This document shows, in pieces, positions 1 to 12,585 of a DNA stretch of 64,000 nt; positions within the stretch are counted from its first letter, which is position 1, and each line of letters begins with the position of its first letter. A program made the translations under genes and the position numbers. The DNA is taken from the NCBI RefSeq assembly GCF_038025025.1, contig NW_027117340.1:1674001-1738000 (forward strand), in the 5' to 3' direction. The notes beneath the pieces are model-generated. The model did not search any database. It saw only the letters and a program-made list of their open reading frames with translations, and was not told where the DNA came from. Origin of the DNA: Phyllosticta citribraziliensis. Taxonomy: Eukaryota.

Positions 1-406
1 GCCCCACATGAGCCCCTCGGAACGGGCAGAACTAAACTCCTCTGATCCGTCCTTCTTCGAAGTGCTGGAAGACTTGGAGCAAGATCTAGCATCAAATGAC
101 ACGGGCCAGCTTGGTGCTTGGAAGCTAACATGGCTAGTTTCAGACGGCGCAAACCAGCCTTTTGGCTGGGCAACTCTAGACGAAGGCTGCATCCCAAAGG
201 GGCAAGTCTACTGTCTCGCAATGCTGGGGCTCAAGGCCCAAGAGCCAGGCACACTCAAAGCGGAATTCCGGCGCCACTGGGTGCTGCTCGTGGTGCGCAA
301 CGAGAAGGCTTCTAGCGGCGATGGCTTTGTCCGGGTAGGGGTGGGCAAGATAATCGCGCGTGCCTGGTTCGGTGACACCAAGATGAGCAAGGTGCGCGTC
401 TCTTGA
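1..406 (+). CDS. 3' end of a HET-domain-like protein (5'-truncated by the window edge)
   Basis: Open frame runs to TGA at 404-406. The C-terminus ..WVLLVVR..DGFVRVGVGKI..WF resembles the typical tail of fungal HET-domain proteins. The HET domain itself is not visible. Confidence 0.5.
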   Translation, partial: PHMSPSERAELNSSDPSFFEVLEDLEQDLASNDTGQLGAWKLTWLVSDGANQPFGWATLDEGCIPKGQVYCLAMLGLKAQEPGTLKAEFRRHWVLLVVRNEKASSGDGFVRVGVGKIIARAWFGDTKMSKVRVS

Positions 407-1981
407 GCCACGCTTAGGTTGGTTGCTGGGTCGAGTGACGCGGACGACATGTGAGAGAGCGTTTTGGGAACGGACCGGGAAAATTCGACATCCCTTGGGA
501 AGTGCCAGCCCTGTGTGCTGCCAGAATCTCTGACAGCCGCAAGCGCATGGATAGTCTGACCTTAAAATGGGGGGTTTTTTTTTTGTTGGACAGACTTGTC
601 AGAAATATTGTTTGAACATGCAAAATCTGTACAGCAATTTCGAGAATAGGCGCAAAACCAAGTTGGGGGCAGATGAGGAGCATTCGTTCGCAGTGAGAAG
701 CAATAAGAAGAAGCTAATTGAGCTACCCATAGCTAGAGAATCCTTAGGAGCATTCATGAGCTCCACTTTCAGAAGCCGTATTTGTTTGCGACGCACCCTC
801 GGGACCATGGAAGCATTGCAGTCGAGATCATGTTACAAATCATGGGGTGATGTTGGATCAGTCTGGTACGCTTGATTTAGCCACCGGCGCGTTCCGCATC
901 CTGCTCCAAAACTCAATCTTTGGCTTTGGGTGCCACGGTGGCTGGCTTATGTCGAGTAGGGCGATCAAGGTACGCCACTTCAGCTCTGTCATCGGCTTCC
1001 CCGGCTCCATGGGCTACAGCAGAGCACGACATGGCCTGAACGCAGTGTGCCGTCAAACTTTTCTCAAAGGTGCCTGGCTGAGAGGGAAATTCTCTCAACT
1101 CCCCGGCAAATGACGTCTCGGCTGATCCGTGATTGCACGAGTGATTGCACGAACGGGGGTTTGTGCGTCGTCCTCCGCGTTCATCTCTTGCTGTATTGGA
1201 TGCTCGTCATCGGTACCTTTCACTACGCTCCCTGTCCGCTTCACTTGGCCAACGTGCCAGTGCAAAAAGGCTTCCAGTAGCAGAGTCTCCAGCTCAGGTC
1301 TCGCCAACTCTTACTCGAAAGGGCCCCAGGAGTAGAACCTTCGTGACTCGCTAGCAAATGACGTCTGAGTAGTGGCATCCGTTGATCTCGAGCGCACAGA
1401 GCCCCCCAACGCCATGGAAACGGCCCGCAATATCAAAGGAGATGATGATGCAATTCCAGACGGCACGAAGCGCAGACACCGCAGCGAAACGGCTCGTCGG
1501 GTCGATTGGTCCTGGCGACTGGGAGACGCACGAGCCGAAGATCTGTATCTCAGCCTTGTGCTTTGGAAGTTGCCGGTCACCTTCCCGACGGTGTGGGCAG
1601 ATGAAGCTTGAAATCAGAGAAGGCGCTGGTTGATGATGGTTGCAGAAACAAACGACCGTAGTGTAGCTCGTTCGCCGCCTCTTGATGTTTATGTTGTTCC
1701 TTTTGCACCCCTGCCGCTCACCCGCAAGCCTGGTCCATGCAAAATCTTATCGATTGATATGCAAGGCGCCATCGGACGTCACTTGTCGCTCGTCGTCGAC
1801 CAAACAACACGGACAACGCGACATCTGTCGCATGATGTGCAAACCCAACGCGCTGCAAAGTCGAGTCTTGCAGATAGGAAGAAGCCAGATGTCTTGAAGA
1901 CTGATTGCCTCGGCTCTTGCTTCTTTGATCCCCTTCGCCTTCTCTTTTCACGCCCGCAGAAGACAAACTTCCATCCTCACC

Positions 1982-2893
1982 ATGTCCTCTCCATCGGCAT
2001 CAGGCGGCTTCTTTCCGCCATCTAGGCTGACTCCTTCTGCATCTTCCATCGCGTCCTCAAGCACGGCAACCTCGTCGCTTCCCCAGCCACGGTCCAGACC
2101 GCTCAAGACGGGCGGCTCCAAAGAATCTGCCTTTATCCGTTATGTTGACGAACGCCTGAGGCAGACCCAGCGCCGCTTTGCAAAGCGCGGCAGCGAAACG
2201 ACTGTAGAAGGAGATGTCAAGGGATATTCGAGCTTTGTGGAAGCGAGCAAGGACCTTGCCGATGTGATTGACGTTGTTTGGGTGTCTGGCACACGTAAGC
2301 CTTCCTTCGAATTTCTCTTTGTTCCATATCTCTCCAAAGGTCGCAGTATCAGGCTGACAGTTTTCCCAGCGAGCCTCCAAATCGCGTATCTTCTCACCAT
2401 TGCGGACCTGGTCAACAGCTTCGTGACGGGCCTCCCACCCGCTCCCAAGGCGCTTTTCCGTACGCTGGGGAAGCTGGATCATGCTTTTGCGTCGCTTTTA
2501 CAGGGTAGAGACATTGAGACGGGTGAAGAGTTGCCCGGCTTTGAGGGCGGTCGCGGCGTCAATGCGACTGAAAAGGTGCGCATCTGGAGCATGGTGCAGC
2601 ACACGCGCAACACGGTCGTCGGAGTCATGGCCAAGTACGACCCGGCTACTGCGGGAGACGAGGAGGAGGACGACGATGAAGATATGGAAGAGAGACAAGA
2701 GATGCAGGCCGAGGGAACGGCAGAAGAGAGCGGCATCGATCTGGATGTAGATGAGGAGTTTGGCCCCGTTGAGCACGAAGGCGCGTGGGACTTGCAGGTC
2801 GCGAAGGTGTTTGACCGGACGGTCGTGGAGCTGGGCGACTCGCTCACGAATGCTGGGCCTCCGATTGGCATCAGAATAAGGACGGAGAATTGA
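1982..2893 (+). CDS. Tfb6-like protein (TFIIH-associated family)
   Basis: ATG 1982; one intron 2295-2369 (GTAAGC..GCTGAC..CAG). Splicing restores WVSGTPSLQIAYLL. Other motifs: LPQPRSRPLKTGGSKES, KLDHAFASLLQGRDIETGE, TEKVRIWS, VAKVFDRTVVELG. Confidence 0.65.
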   Translation: MSSPSASGGFFPPSRLTPSASSIASSSTATSSLPQPRSRPLKTGGSKESAFIRYVDERLRQTQRRFAKRGSETTVEGDVKGYSSFVEASKDLADVIDVVWVSGTRKPSFEFLFVPYLSKGRSIRLTVFPASLQIAYLLTIADLVNSFVTGLPPAPKALFRTLGKLDHAFASLLQGRDIETGEELPGFEGGRGVNATEKVRIWSMVQHTRNTVVGVMAKYDPATAGDEEEDDDEDMEERQEMQAEGTAEESGIDLDVDEEFGPVEHEGAWDLQVAKVFDRTVVELGDSLTNAGPPIGIRIRTEN

Positions 2894-3325
2894 CGAGTAG
2901 CCGTGGATCGAGAGAGGTTCTGAAGCTCAGAGACCGGTCGAGATCTGCCGGTCGACTGAGCGACATTCTTAGTCGTATTAGAGGCGAGGATGAATGCTTC
3001 CGGAGGGCGGACAGAAAGAATGGAGGATGGGTGTCCAAAGTGCCTTTGGCTGGTGTAGGCTGTCTCTGGGACATTGATCTTTCCTCCGGCAATTTTTTCT
3101 TCGAAATGGTGGGCATGTCGTCGCGAGGCCTCAGGTCGTCGCGCCGACGCGCGTTGTGTTGGAGTGTTTGTTGCGATGCTTTCAACAAGCTGCCCTGCAA
3201 CACCACATCCTCCATCTCTTAACTCGCGGCCACAAACGTCTCATCGATTTTCTTTGCGCCAAAAGCAAACTCTGATCACCGAATCCACATTGACGCGCTT
3301 GACGCTGGTCTCAATCGCTTTCGTG

Positions 3326-6020
3326 ATGCCGACTCACCATGGGTTGCGGTTGAAAGCGAGTCTCGTCATTTCAGACCTGGACAGAACCACAACCGTAGCA
3401 CCAGAATACCGAAGAGGCCATGCCGAGGAGACCAGGAACGACTTGGAGCGGTGCGAATCCGAAGTCAGGAATGGTCGCGAGCTCAAAGAGTCTTTCGTCC
3501 CCCTCGGCGGCGATGACTTGAACACGCTGCATTTCATTGGAGAAGACTCGTATATGCCATTTATGATGGTGCGTGCAGGCAAGGAACTTCGCCAGGATGT
3601 AAGTCAGGAATTCCCTCCGGTTTCTATTGCTTAGTTGAAGCTCACAAAGCGTAGCCAGCCGGGTCCACCCGAGTCTTTCATCCTAATCCTATTCGCAATG
3701 CCATCTACGCTCGAATCCTTGGCGACAATCCCGCAGATGTTGTGGATACTCCACATGCCTTGGCCATCCGCCTGGATATCTCGGAGCAAACGTTCTTGAA
3801 GACCGACAAGCCAACGGAAGATATCAAAATCGACGTTCTTTTCAATGGCAAATTTACACACGCGACCGTTTGTCCTGCCCGCCATCACAAAGAGAACAAA
3901 GTCTTCGTATTTGGTGGGATTCGGACTCATTACATGTTGGAGCGGCCCTGGGTTGTACTGCCCCGCGACAAAAACGCAGATGGCACGCAGAGACAAGCCC
4001 CACCAAGGACTGAAGCGCCTGGAGACCGTTGGAAAGAGCTGTCTCAGGCTCTTTGTGAAGAAGTCGATATCAGAACCACTGCGGCGGGAGGGAGAACGCC
4101 CGTCATAGAGTATTTTGATGCTCTGGCTAAGATGGAGATGCCTCCCGAATTCGATCAGTGGGATGACAGGCGTACCCAACCCTACTCCGTCATCGACGTC
4201 GTAATCTCTTATGGACACGGGAGGAAGGATCCTGCTGCAGCCCCATATCTGAACGAGCCTGCTCGAATCAGGCCTCGCGTACGCGCTTCTGTGCTCGAAA
4301 CAGCCGCGCCCACTTCTCAGGATTCAAGCGAGATTGAGAAGTTGGATGTCACAGTTGAAAAGCCAAAACAGAGGACAAGTACGCATTTGCCCCAAAAGCT
4401 GTCATCTGAACCACATACTAATCTGCAATAGTCTCTGATTTCGAGATCCGCAAAGACCAAAATGTCCTCACAAGCTCTCAACCGCTGCCCAAGTTTTTGA
4501 AAGCAGAGATTGAAAAAGCAGGCCTCGATGTCCAGACAGCTATCGAACAGGCCGATCGTTGGAATACCGCGAGAAACATGCTGAGCAATGTATTGGACCG
4601 TGGGCGTTCAAAGACCAATGCCACGACGTCCCAAAATCCTGCGGATCAGTCGAAGGAGCCCACGACACCACAACGTAACTTGCCGCCGCCCATCAGTCCA
4701 CCAAAATCAGCGTGGTATGCGCAAGGCCGGCTCAAAGAGATACCAGTGCCCACCGATTTCAAACTCCCTCCAGCAGCCCACACTCCTTCGTCCCTGGTTC
4801 GCAGTACATCTAGAATGTCTCTTCAATCGCCTCTACCGCCAATGACACCCATTGCCCCCAACGCGATGACCCCTCCGCCACGAGTCACCCGTTCTGGAAA
4901 TCGATATACCACCATCAGCGAGGGGAGTCCTCGCAAGCGCCGCCGCAGCTCCAGCATCAGCTTACCTAGGTACTCCACTGTCATGGGTGTTCAAAGCCCA
5001 GCTGGAATCGGTATCAGCAACCGCGGTGTCTTCACAACAGCCGGTAGCAGCACCGATGTGTCGGCCTTGCAGGCCCCTGCGAAGCAATACATCAATCCTG
5101 ATTTCCTGTTGCCGCCGCCGTTGTCTCCTGTCCGCTCTGACAGTAAGGTTGGCACCTTCACGCGCGTCGTTTTCAGGCACAAAGATAGACACATCCGCAC
5201 GCTACAGCTCCCTCATCCTCCTTGTCGCTTCTCCAACGTGCGCAATGATATTGATCGCGTCCGCCACCATCTCAGGGCCTTGACCAGAATGAAGAGTGGC
5301 ATTGTCGACAGCCCGTTTGACACGAACATGTCCGCTGGCATGATGTCCATGCCGGGACCCACGTCATCCATGCCACCACCATCATGGACCACGCCCTCCC
5401 GCTCTCGCACGAATCAAAACTCGGCGACTGGCCGACGCATCGCCCGCGTCCGTGGCGTCACTCGCGCGAAGAGTGGAAACAACCCGGCCGCAGCCGCGAC
5501 ACCCACCACCACGGCCGCACAGATGGCGACGTCTACCGGTCTCATTGCACCAAGCAATCCGCCTTACACTCTCTTCCCAAACCCGTACACGACGCCCACC
5601 CTCGCAAGCCCCTTTGCCACATCGACAACATCATCAACGACAGCAAAGCCAGCAGCGAACGCCGCCTCCACGCCATCGCCGCGGCGTCGCGGCCCGTCAC
5701 AGCAGCAGTCGTCCCCTTCCAAACCCCACACCGGCTCTCGCGGCAGCCGGTCCACGCGCGGCCCGCGGACAACGCTGCCCTCGGTGGCAGAGCGATCAGT
5801 CGAGCACGAGGTGGCGTTCCGCGCGTTTGCGCCGCCGCCGCTCAGCGCCGACGCCAGCGTGTCGTACAGCGCGGTGAGGCCGGCGTATCGCGGCACCCAG
5901 TGGATGCAGGGTATGACGCGCGGTGCCGGCGGTGGCGTCGTGCGCCAGATACGGACGGAGAGGGGGGGCGAGTTTAAAGAGGAGGGTGTGGTCTTGGGGG
6001 TTAGGTTTGTCGTGTTTTAG
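3326..6020 (+). CDS. Conserved fungal hypothetical protein with a Pro/Ser/Thr-rich middle
   Basis: ATG 3326; introns 3599-3654 and 4379-4431 (GT..AG with branch-like CTCAC/CTAAT) join three ORF-track segments. Globular N-half (IKIDVLFNG..FGGIRTHYMLERPW) and C-terminal VRQIRTERGGEFKEEGVVLGVRFVVF. Confidence 0.75.
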
Positions 6021-6437
6021 AGGTTGAGGTGGTGTGAGTGCGGTGTCAGTAAGGAAGATGAAAAGGTGAAAAAAAAGGGAGAGGGTGGATGGTGGGATAT
6101 GGCAAGTTCTTGAAGTTGCCGAGGTGGCTGTGGAAGATTTCGTGCTTCTCTTCACGTTCTGTTTCAAACTTCTCTTCCTCACTCTGGCTCCTGCTGCTGT
6201 GCATTGCCAGCCCGTCCCACGGCCATTTTTTTTTTTTTTTTTTGGCATTGCAAAAGCGAAAACGCGACGAGATAAGACAGGATTGCTTGCAAATGTTTCA
6301 TTCATTTATTTACTTCAGTTGGTATTGCTGGCGTTACTCCGGTCCCCGCCTTCCCTTGCGGAAGACACCCCTCCTGCTTCCTACATATTCTCCGCTTCAA
6401 GCTATACTGTATCGATTTGTTCGCTTTCCTCCGTTCA

Positions 6438-6470
6438 GCAGGAGCATCCAGGAGCATCCAGGAGCATCCA
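6438..6470. repeat. 10-bp tandem repeat (CAGGAGCATC) x3
   Basis: Read directly from the sequence between two convergent genes. Confidence 0.85.
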
Positions 6471-6766
6471 AGAGGAGGAAAGAAGAAAGCTTCGCTGCCA
6501 AAGACGCGGTGCAAAAACCATGGACAATCCACATTACGTCTCCTCCAGCAGCCTTGCAAAACGAACAACCAAAGCCATTTGCCAAAACAGTGCCAACGCC
6601 AAAACATGAGATCCTTTCTCTCCGCTCTTCATCCCCGAGTCGTTCCGCAATAAGACAGTCTAAGTGGGAATCGTGTGGACACATCTGTACATGCAGAGCT
6701 GCCGTGGCCGAATCTGCACAAGGCCCCTCCCTCCACGGCGGGCCGGAGGGCCGTCTAGAACTGAAT

Positions 6767-8086
6767 CTACTTTGTTTCTTCTACTTTGTCGTCCTGCGGC
6801 AGCGTTAGGGCCTTCTTGGGCGCGGGGTTCAAAATGGCCGTGGCGTCAATCAGAGGGGCCCTGGGATTGATCTCGAGGCCGAAGCCGGGCTTGTCGAGGA
6901 CCGACACGTCGAGGTAGCCGTTGACGGGGATGGGCTCGTTGACGAAAAGGTCGCCAAAGACGGGCAGTACGCTCTTGCCGTCGGGCGAGTTGGCCAGGTA
7001 CTCTTGGAACGGCGAGTTGGCCTGCGACACGACAAAGTGGTAGCTGTAGGGCCCGCTGGCGTGCGGCACGACGGGGATGTCGTAGGCGGCGGCCATGGCG
7101 CTGACCTTGAGGAGCTCCGTCAGTCCGCCGACCCACATGACGTCGGGCTGGAGGATGTCGAGGTTGCGGCCCTCGACCAGCTTGCGGAAGCCGTAGCGCG
7201 AGTACTCGTGCTCGCCCGTCGTGAACTTGATGGTGGGGTGAGCGCGCTTGAGCAGGGCGTGCCCGTCAAAGTCGTCGGGCGAGAGGCACTCTTCCCACCA
7301 GTTGATGTTGAGGTCCTTTGTCTTTTCGACCAGCTCGATCGTGTACGGCACGTTGAGGCTCATGTAGCAGTCGACCATGAGCGGAAAGTCGGGTCCCACT
7401 TCGGCGCGCTTTTGGCGCAGGTATTCAACATTCTTGCGCAGCCCTTCGAAGCCCTCGCCCGGGCTGTATGGGAGCGCGACTTTGCCGCCCCAGAAGCCCA
7501 TGCTGCGAGCTGATGCGGGCTCGGGGCCTGTGCAGTAAAAGTTGAGGCGGTCTCGCGTTGCGCCGCCAATGAGCTTGTATACGGGCTCGTTGCGGATCTT
7601 GCCGAGCAGGTCCCAAATGGCGAGGTCGATGACTGAGATGACGGCCACGGGCAGTCCTTTGCGGCCGTAGAACATTGATGCGCGGTACATTTGCTCAAAG
7701 AGGTGGTTGGTGTCGCGGGGGTCTGCAATTGGTCAAGGAAGGGCTCTTTTTTTCAACATCATGTCGGCGCATCACGCACCAGCTCCTAAGAGAAATCTCT
7801 CAAAATGTTCGGCGACCAGCCAGCACGCTGGAGGACCGCCAAAGCCCGTCGCAAAGCCCGTGGTCCCGTCGGTGGCCTCGAGCTCGACGCAAAAGGAGCC
7901 CAGCACGTTGATACCCCACGATGTCCGCGAACTGCGGTATGCCTCGTAGCCCGACATGGGGGTCGAGATTTTGGTGTCGATGAGCCAATGGCCGCCCTTG
8001 ACATTGTGGTAGTCGCCGCCGGATCCTACTCCCTGGATCACATAGGTCTTGACCTTCTTGATGGTTGGAAAGCGCGTGGTAGACAT
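6767..8086 (-). CDS. LRA3: L-rhamnonate dehydratase (enolase superfamily; LRA3/lraC)
   Basis: ATG 8086; intron 7723-7779. GGDYHNVKGGHWLID..TPMSGY..SRTSWGINVLG matches the RhmD/LRA3 N-terminus. Also MVDCYMSL, WWEE, TTGEHEY and VVPH. Lies divergent from a RhaR-like regulator. Confidence 0.92.
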
Positions 8087-8645
8087 GGCGGAGGGCGGTG
8101 GGAGGGGAGGGGGAGGGCGATAAGATGCCGGAAACGGAATTGGAACATGGTAGGCTTTATACAATGGGCGACGATTGTTGCCTGACTGTTGGCCAGCGAT
8201 TCAGCGGGTTTGGAGGGACGGAAGCGCAGGGCAGAGGTGGCTCGGGATTTGGTGGTGTTGACAGGCCGAGCCGACGCGGTGCCCAGGAGATGGTCCGAAG
8301 CTTCCCTGGTGCCACTCGACGTCGGTCGGTTGGCTTCCCAACGGCTGCAACTGCTCCCTCCGATGATTTATCCAGGCAGTCTAGAGGGCTCTCTCGTCGC
8401 AGAGCCCAACATCTGAAGGATCACCACCTTTGTTGCTTGCTTTCGCCCGTCGTTTCTCTCCCACGATGAAATTCGCCGACGAGCATTCCCGCGTGCCGCG
8501 AGTGTTGGCGCAAGCCCTCGGACCCTCCCGTCCCTGATCCCCCGCATTTTGGGGTTTCTCGTCGGGCTATTTCCCCACGAACAGGGACAACACCACACCG
8601 AGTGTCTGGTCTCGCGACGGCACGCGCTGCCAACAACTCCTCGCC
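8087..8645. promoter_or_regulatory. Divergent LRA3/rhaR promoter
   Basis: Minus-strand TATAAA at 8156-8161; two CGG-N15-CCG sites (8277-8297, 8342-8362); CreA-type SYGGRG matches at 8088-8093 (+) and at about 8540-8545 and 8573-8578 (-). Confidence 0.55.
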
Positions 8646-8742
8646 ATGGTGACGTTGGCGCTTTCCGAGTCGGCTCAGCAGCAGCCGCCAGCTCGTCGAC
8701 CGCAGGACGCCTCACCCAAGGGAGACGACAGCATCCCCGACG

Positions 8743-8776
<34 letters not shown>

Positions 8777-11700
8777 GGACCAGGACGATGACAGCGACCA
8801 CGACGACCCCACGGCCAAGTCGCGCAAGCGCAAGCGGCCCATGTCCGTCTCGTGCGAGACATGCAAGCAGCGCAAGGTCAAATGCGACAGAGGCCAGCCA
8901 AGCTGCGGTTGGTGCGCCCGCAATTCCCAGCCTTGCGAGTACAAGGAGCGCAAGAAGCCTGGCCTGCGCGCCGGCTATGGCAGAGAGCTCGAGGCTCGTC
9001 TGGATCGCCTTGAGGACATTATCCAGCGACAGCAGTCGACGATTGCCCAACTCGTAGACCAGACCACCGACGGCTCACGGCTTGGTGGTGCTGGTGCTGG
9101 TGCTGATAGCGCCCAGCACGATGGATCCCTCTTCCACCACAACCCCTCCGTCGTACAAACTCCACACGTTCCCAAGCCCGAGACAGCCCTATTCCTGCAG
9201 AAACCCTCTCCATTCCCGCCAACAAGCTTTTCCGGCAGTCTGGGAATTCCAGGCACGCCCTCCATCTCGTACCAACCGCACTCTCTAGGCCACGGCCGCC
9301 ATCACTCCGTTTCCGCTTTGCCTTCGACCTACAACAACAATAATCCTCCGTTGGAATCTCCCACGCTCAACATTGCCGACCACTCGCCGCTTCAGCCCGC
9401 CATCAGCTCACAGGAGCCCGACTTTCCTCCCTACGACCTGTTGTACGCGCTTGCCGACCTCTATTTCAAACACATTAATACCTGGTGTCCGATTCTACAT
9501 CGTCGTTCGACGCTGGACAGGCTCTTCGGATCCATTTCGCTAGACGAAGCTGACCGTATCCTTCTGCACGCCATTGTCGCCACGACGCTGCGCTTTTCCA
9601 CAGATCCCCGTTTGACTGCCGAGAATCGCGAGCGGTACCATTCCATTTCCAAGCAAAAGGTCTTGCTCTATGGTCTGGAGAACAGTTCGGTCAAGGCGCT
9701 CCAGGCGCTGGTGATACTCGCGTTGGATCTTGTTGGCTTCTCCAATGGTCCTCCGGGATGGAATCTTTTGGCGCTCATCACTCGATCCGTGGTGCAGCTT
9801 GGGCTCGCTGTGGAGAACACGTCGAACATCGTGTCGCCAAATGTTCCGTCAATCTACACGCTGAGGGCCATGGTCCTTCCGGAACCTGGTGATTTTATCG
9901 AGGATGAGAATCGACGGAGACTGTTCTGGATGGTCTATCTTCTCGACAGATATGCCACGGTAGCCACGGCGTTTGAATTCGCGCTCGACGAGAAGGAGAT
10001 TGACCGCAAACTACCCTGCCGAGACGAGTTCTTTGCCCGCAACCAAGCAGTGGAAACGCGCTGGTTCCACACAGTCAAGAGGACTGACTATTCGCTAAAC
10101 AAGCCGGAGAATCTTGGATCATTCTCGTACTACGTGGAGCTCGTCGGCGTCTTGTCTCAGATCCACCAATTCCTCAAGAAGCCGGTGGACATTGGCTCGC
10201 TGACTGATGTCGAAAATTGGCAGCGCGAGTTTCGGGAGCTGGATAATGCCCTGGCTTCGTGGAAATTTAGCCTGCCCAATGAGTTTGGTAACATGTCGAG
10301 AATCTATGGAAATTCAAAGGAAAATGCTCCTGTTGATGGGACTTGGATCATGTTGCACGCTGCATACCACACGTAAGTGCCAATATTTCGTTGATGTTTG
10401 CTAGACACCTTTCCTGTCTAGTTCGACTTGCTCTGCAATTCTTGAAGCCTCTCGTTTCGTCTTTGCATGCACGACCAGTGGACTACCCCTTTTAACTATC
10501 CTTCTGGAAAAGCCGAGTTCATCATGTATCCCTTTTCTTTCTGTTTCGTCTTCCCTCTTCTCCTTGGTCTTCCCTTTTTTCTTTTCTTGGTTCTTTTTGA
10601 GACCTTGAATGCTCTCTCTTCCTCCCTGAGAAGTAGAAGCTCCAATGCTCCCTGTCCATGATCCTTTACGATAGGAAAGGTCCCCATCCACAAACTTCTG
10701 TCTTGTTCTTTTCACAATGGGGCACACGCTTACCGCAACAGAACCGTCATTCGCCTCCACTCTTCCGCCGCTTATCCAACAACCCGCTCCCCCATCTTCA
10801 CCCCCTCCTACACAGCCATTCAACGCTGTCTCACGGCCGTCGAGTCCATTTCAGCCTTGAACGATTATGTCAAATCCCACGCGCTTCTCTCCACACTCGG
10901 GACGCATTTTGCCTTTTCGCTCTGGGTCGCCGCACGCGTACTGCTCGTCCACGGATCCACCATCGAGCATCACGTGGACCCAGGTATCACGCCGCTCGTC
11001 GATACCCTTCGCGAGATGGGCCATTACTGGCGCGTGGCCGAGCGCTACGGCACGCTGCTGCAACGCGTCCTCGACGAGTACCGCGCCAGCCAGAGCTCGT
11101 CGGCAGCGACGAGCGGGCCCTCTGCTCCAGGCGTCAACGCTACTGCTGGTCCTGGCGGCGCCGGCGAGCGCAGCACGCCGTCCAGCGTCAAGATTCTCTC
11201 TGACATGCGGCGGTGCGCGTTCGACCTCGACTTTTTGATATCGAGGCAGCCGCGCCTGCAGCAGCAGTACCCGCCTAACCAACACTCGCCTACACAGGGC
11301 CACGCGCTTGATGGCGGCGGCCCGAATGGCCATTCTCATCATCATCAACAACAACAACAGCAACACTCGAATCATCTCGGGAGCCACTCACACAACACTC
11401 ATTCCAACCCGAACGCTCAGCAGCAGCACGGGCATCCCAGCCGTTTCGGAGCCAGCATGACGCCCGCAGCGGCATCGAATCGCACTCCTGCGCCCAACGA
11501 GCTCGAATACCTCGATGTGTTTGACTTTTTCAACATGCCACGACTGCCGCTGACGGGCGTCGGCAGCGGCGGTCCCGGGCAACTGGACCATCATCAGTCT
11601 GGCGTCGGTCACGGTGGTGGTAGTAGCAGCAACGCTGGGACGGACGTCAGTCCTGGCGGTGATAGCGGTGGTGGTGGTGGTGGTGGCGGCGGCGGCGGCG

Positions 11701-11861
11701 GGTCGGCTGGGGGAACGGGAGGAGGCGCGGGTGCATTGGGTGGTTTGGGCATGGGTGGGGGAACGGGGGGTAGTATGGGGTTGGCGGATGGGTTCAACAT
11801 TACGCATTTCATGGTCGACGCGAGCGCTGACTGGTTCATGAAGGGCACGACGGCGTCGTGA
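8646..11861 (+). CDS. rhaR: Zn(II)2Cys6 transcription factor, L-rhamnose regulator RhaR/TRC1-like
   Basis: Zinc cluster CETCKQRKVKCDRGQPSCGWCARNSQPCEY; fungal-TF middle domain (RRRLFWMVYLLDR). One 369-nt intron, 10373-10741, restores HAAYHT-TVIRLHSSAAYP. Adjacency to LRA3 matches known fungal rhamnose clusters. Confidence 0.85.
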
Positions 11862-12287
11862 TGGTGAGGGATGGAGGCACGTGGAAAGTACACTAAGGGA
11901 AAAGGAGAGAAGAGGCTAGGTAAGGCAAGTGTCAATTGGCACGGCATCGACTGACTGCATTTTGGATGATTCGGCTCGACTCGGCCTATCCGGTCGGTTT
12001 TCTCTCTCGTCTTTGCAGGATGGCGGTGGCGGTGGTATTTGCTTATGTGTGTTTGTACAGCTTGCCATGGTTTGCACGCTCAGCAGGCAGGCAGCCAGCG
12101 ATGGTGTGTCTGCGCAGTACGTAGCTTGACAGGTAGAAGTAGATAGCTGTGGAGCACAGTGTGTAAAAAGTGTTTAGGTTCGGTCTATAGCTCTAGTCAT
12201 GACGATGGTACATATGTTTACGCTCTTCATTCTATGCCCATGTTCATTTTGGTGCGTGGTTCCTTTACGAAAGGATTCGGATCAGGC

Positions 12288-12330
12288 AGTGAGTGAGTGG
12301 GTGAGTGAATGGGTGAGTGAGTGAGTGAGT
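12288..12330. repeat. (GAGT)n-type microsatellite
   Basis: gtgagtgagtgggtgagtgaatgggtgagtgagtgagtgagt. Confidence 0.85.
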
Positions 12331-12509
12331 AGTACCTTTTCCCTACTGCCAGCAGTCACTCTATATACAGGTGCTCGAGTCGATCCACCTCTTTACTCAT
12401 CAACAGAAATCCACATATTCCCACTTACAGATCGGGTAGTTCCAGGACGGCAATAGTATCAGAGAAGAGAGAAAAGAAACAAGGCACGCTCATATCCGAG
12501 GACCGCCTT

Positions 12510-12585
12510 ACCTTGCCTTGCCTCGCCTTGCTTTATTTTTGCTTTGCTTTGCTTTGCTTTGCTTTGCTTTGCTTTGCTTTGCTTC
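12510..12585. repeat. (GCTTT)n/(GCCTT)n pentanucleotide microsatellite
   Basis: About 8 perfect GCTTT units at 12541-12580, preceded by degenerate units. Confidence 0.9.

Noticed and set aside
407..1981. Short ORFs and a 12-bp direct repeat (GTGATTGCACGA x2, about 1129-1152)
   Set aside because: No coherent spliced gene or family motif could be built, and the repeat is too short to interpret.
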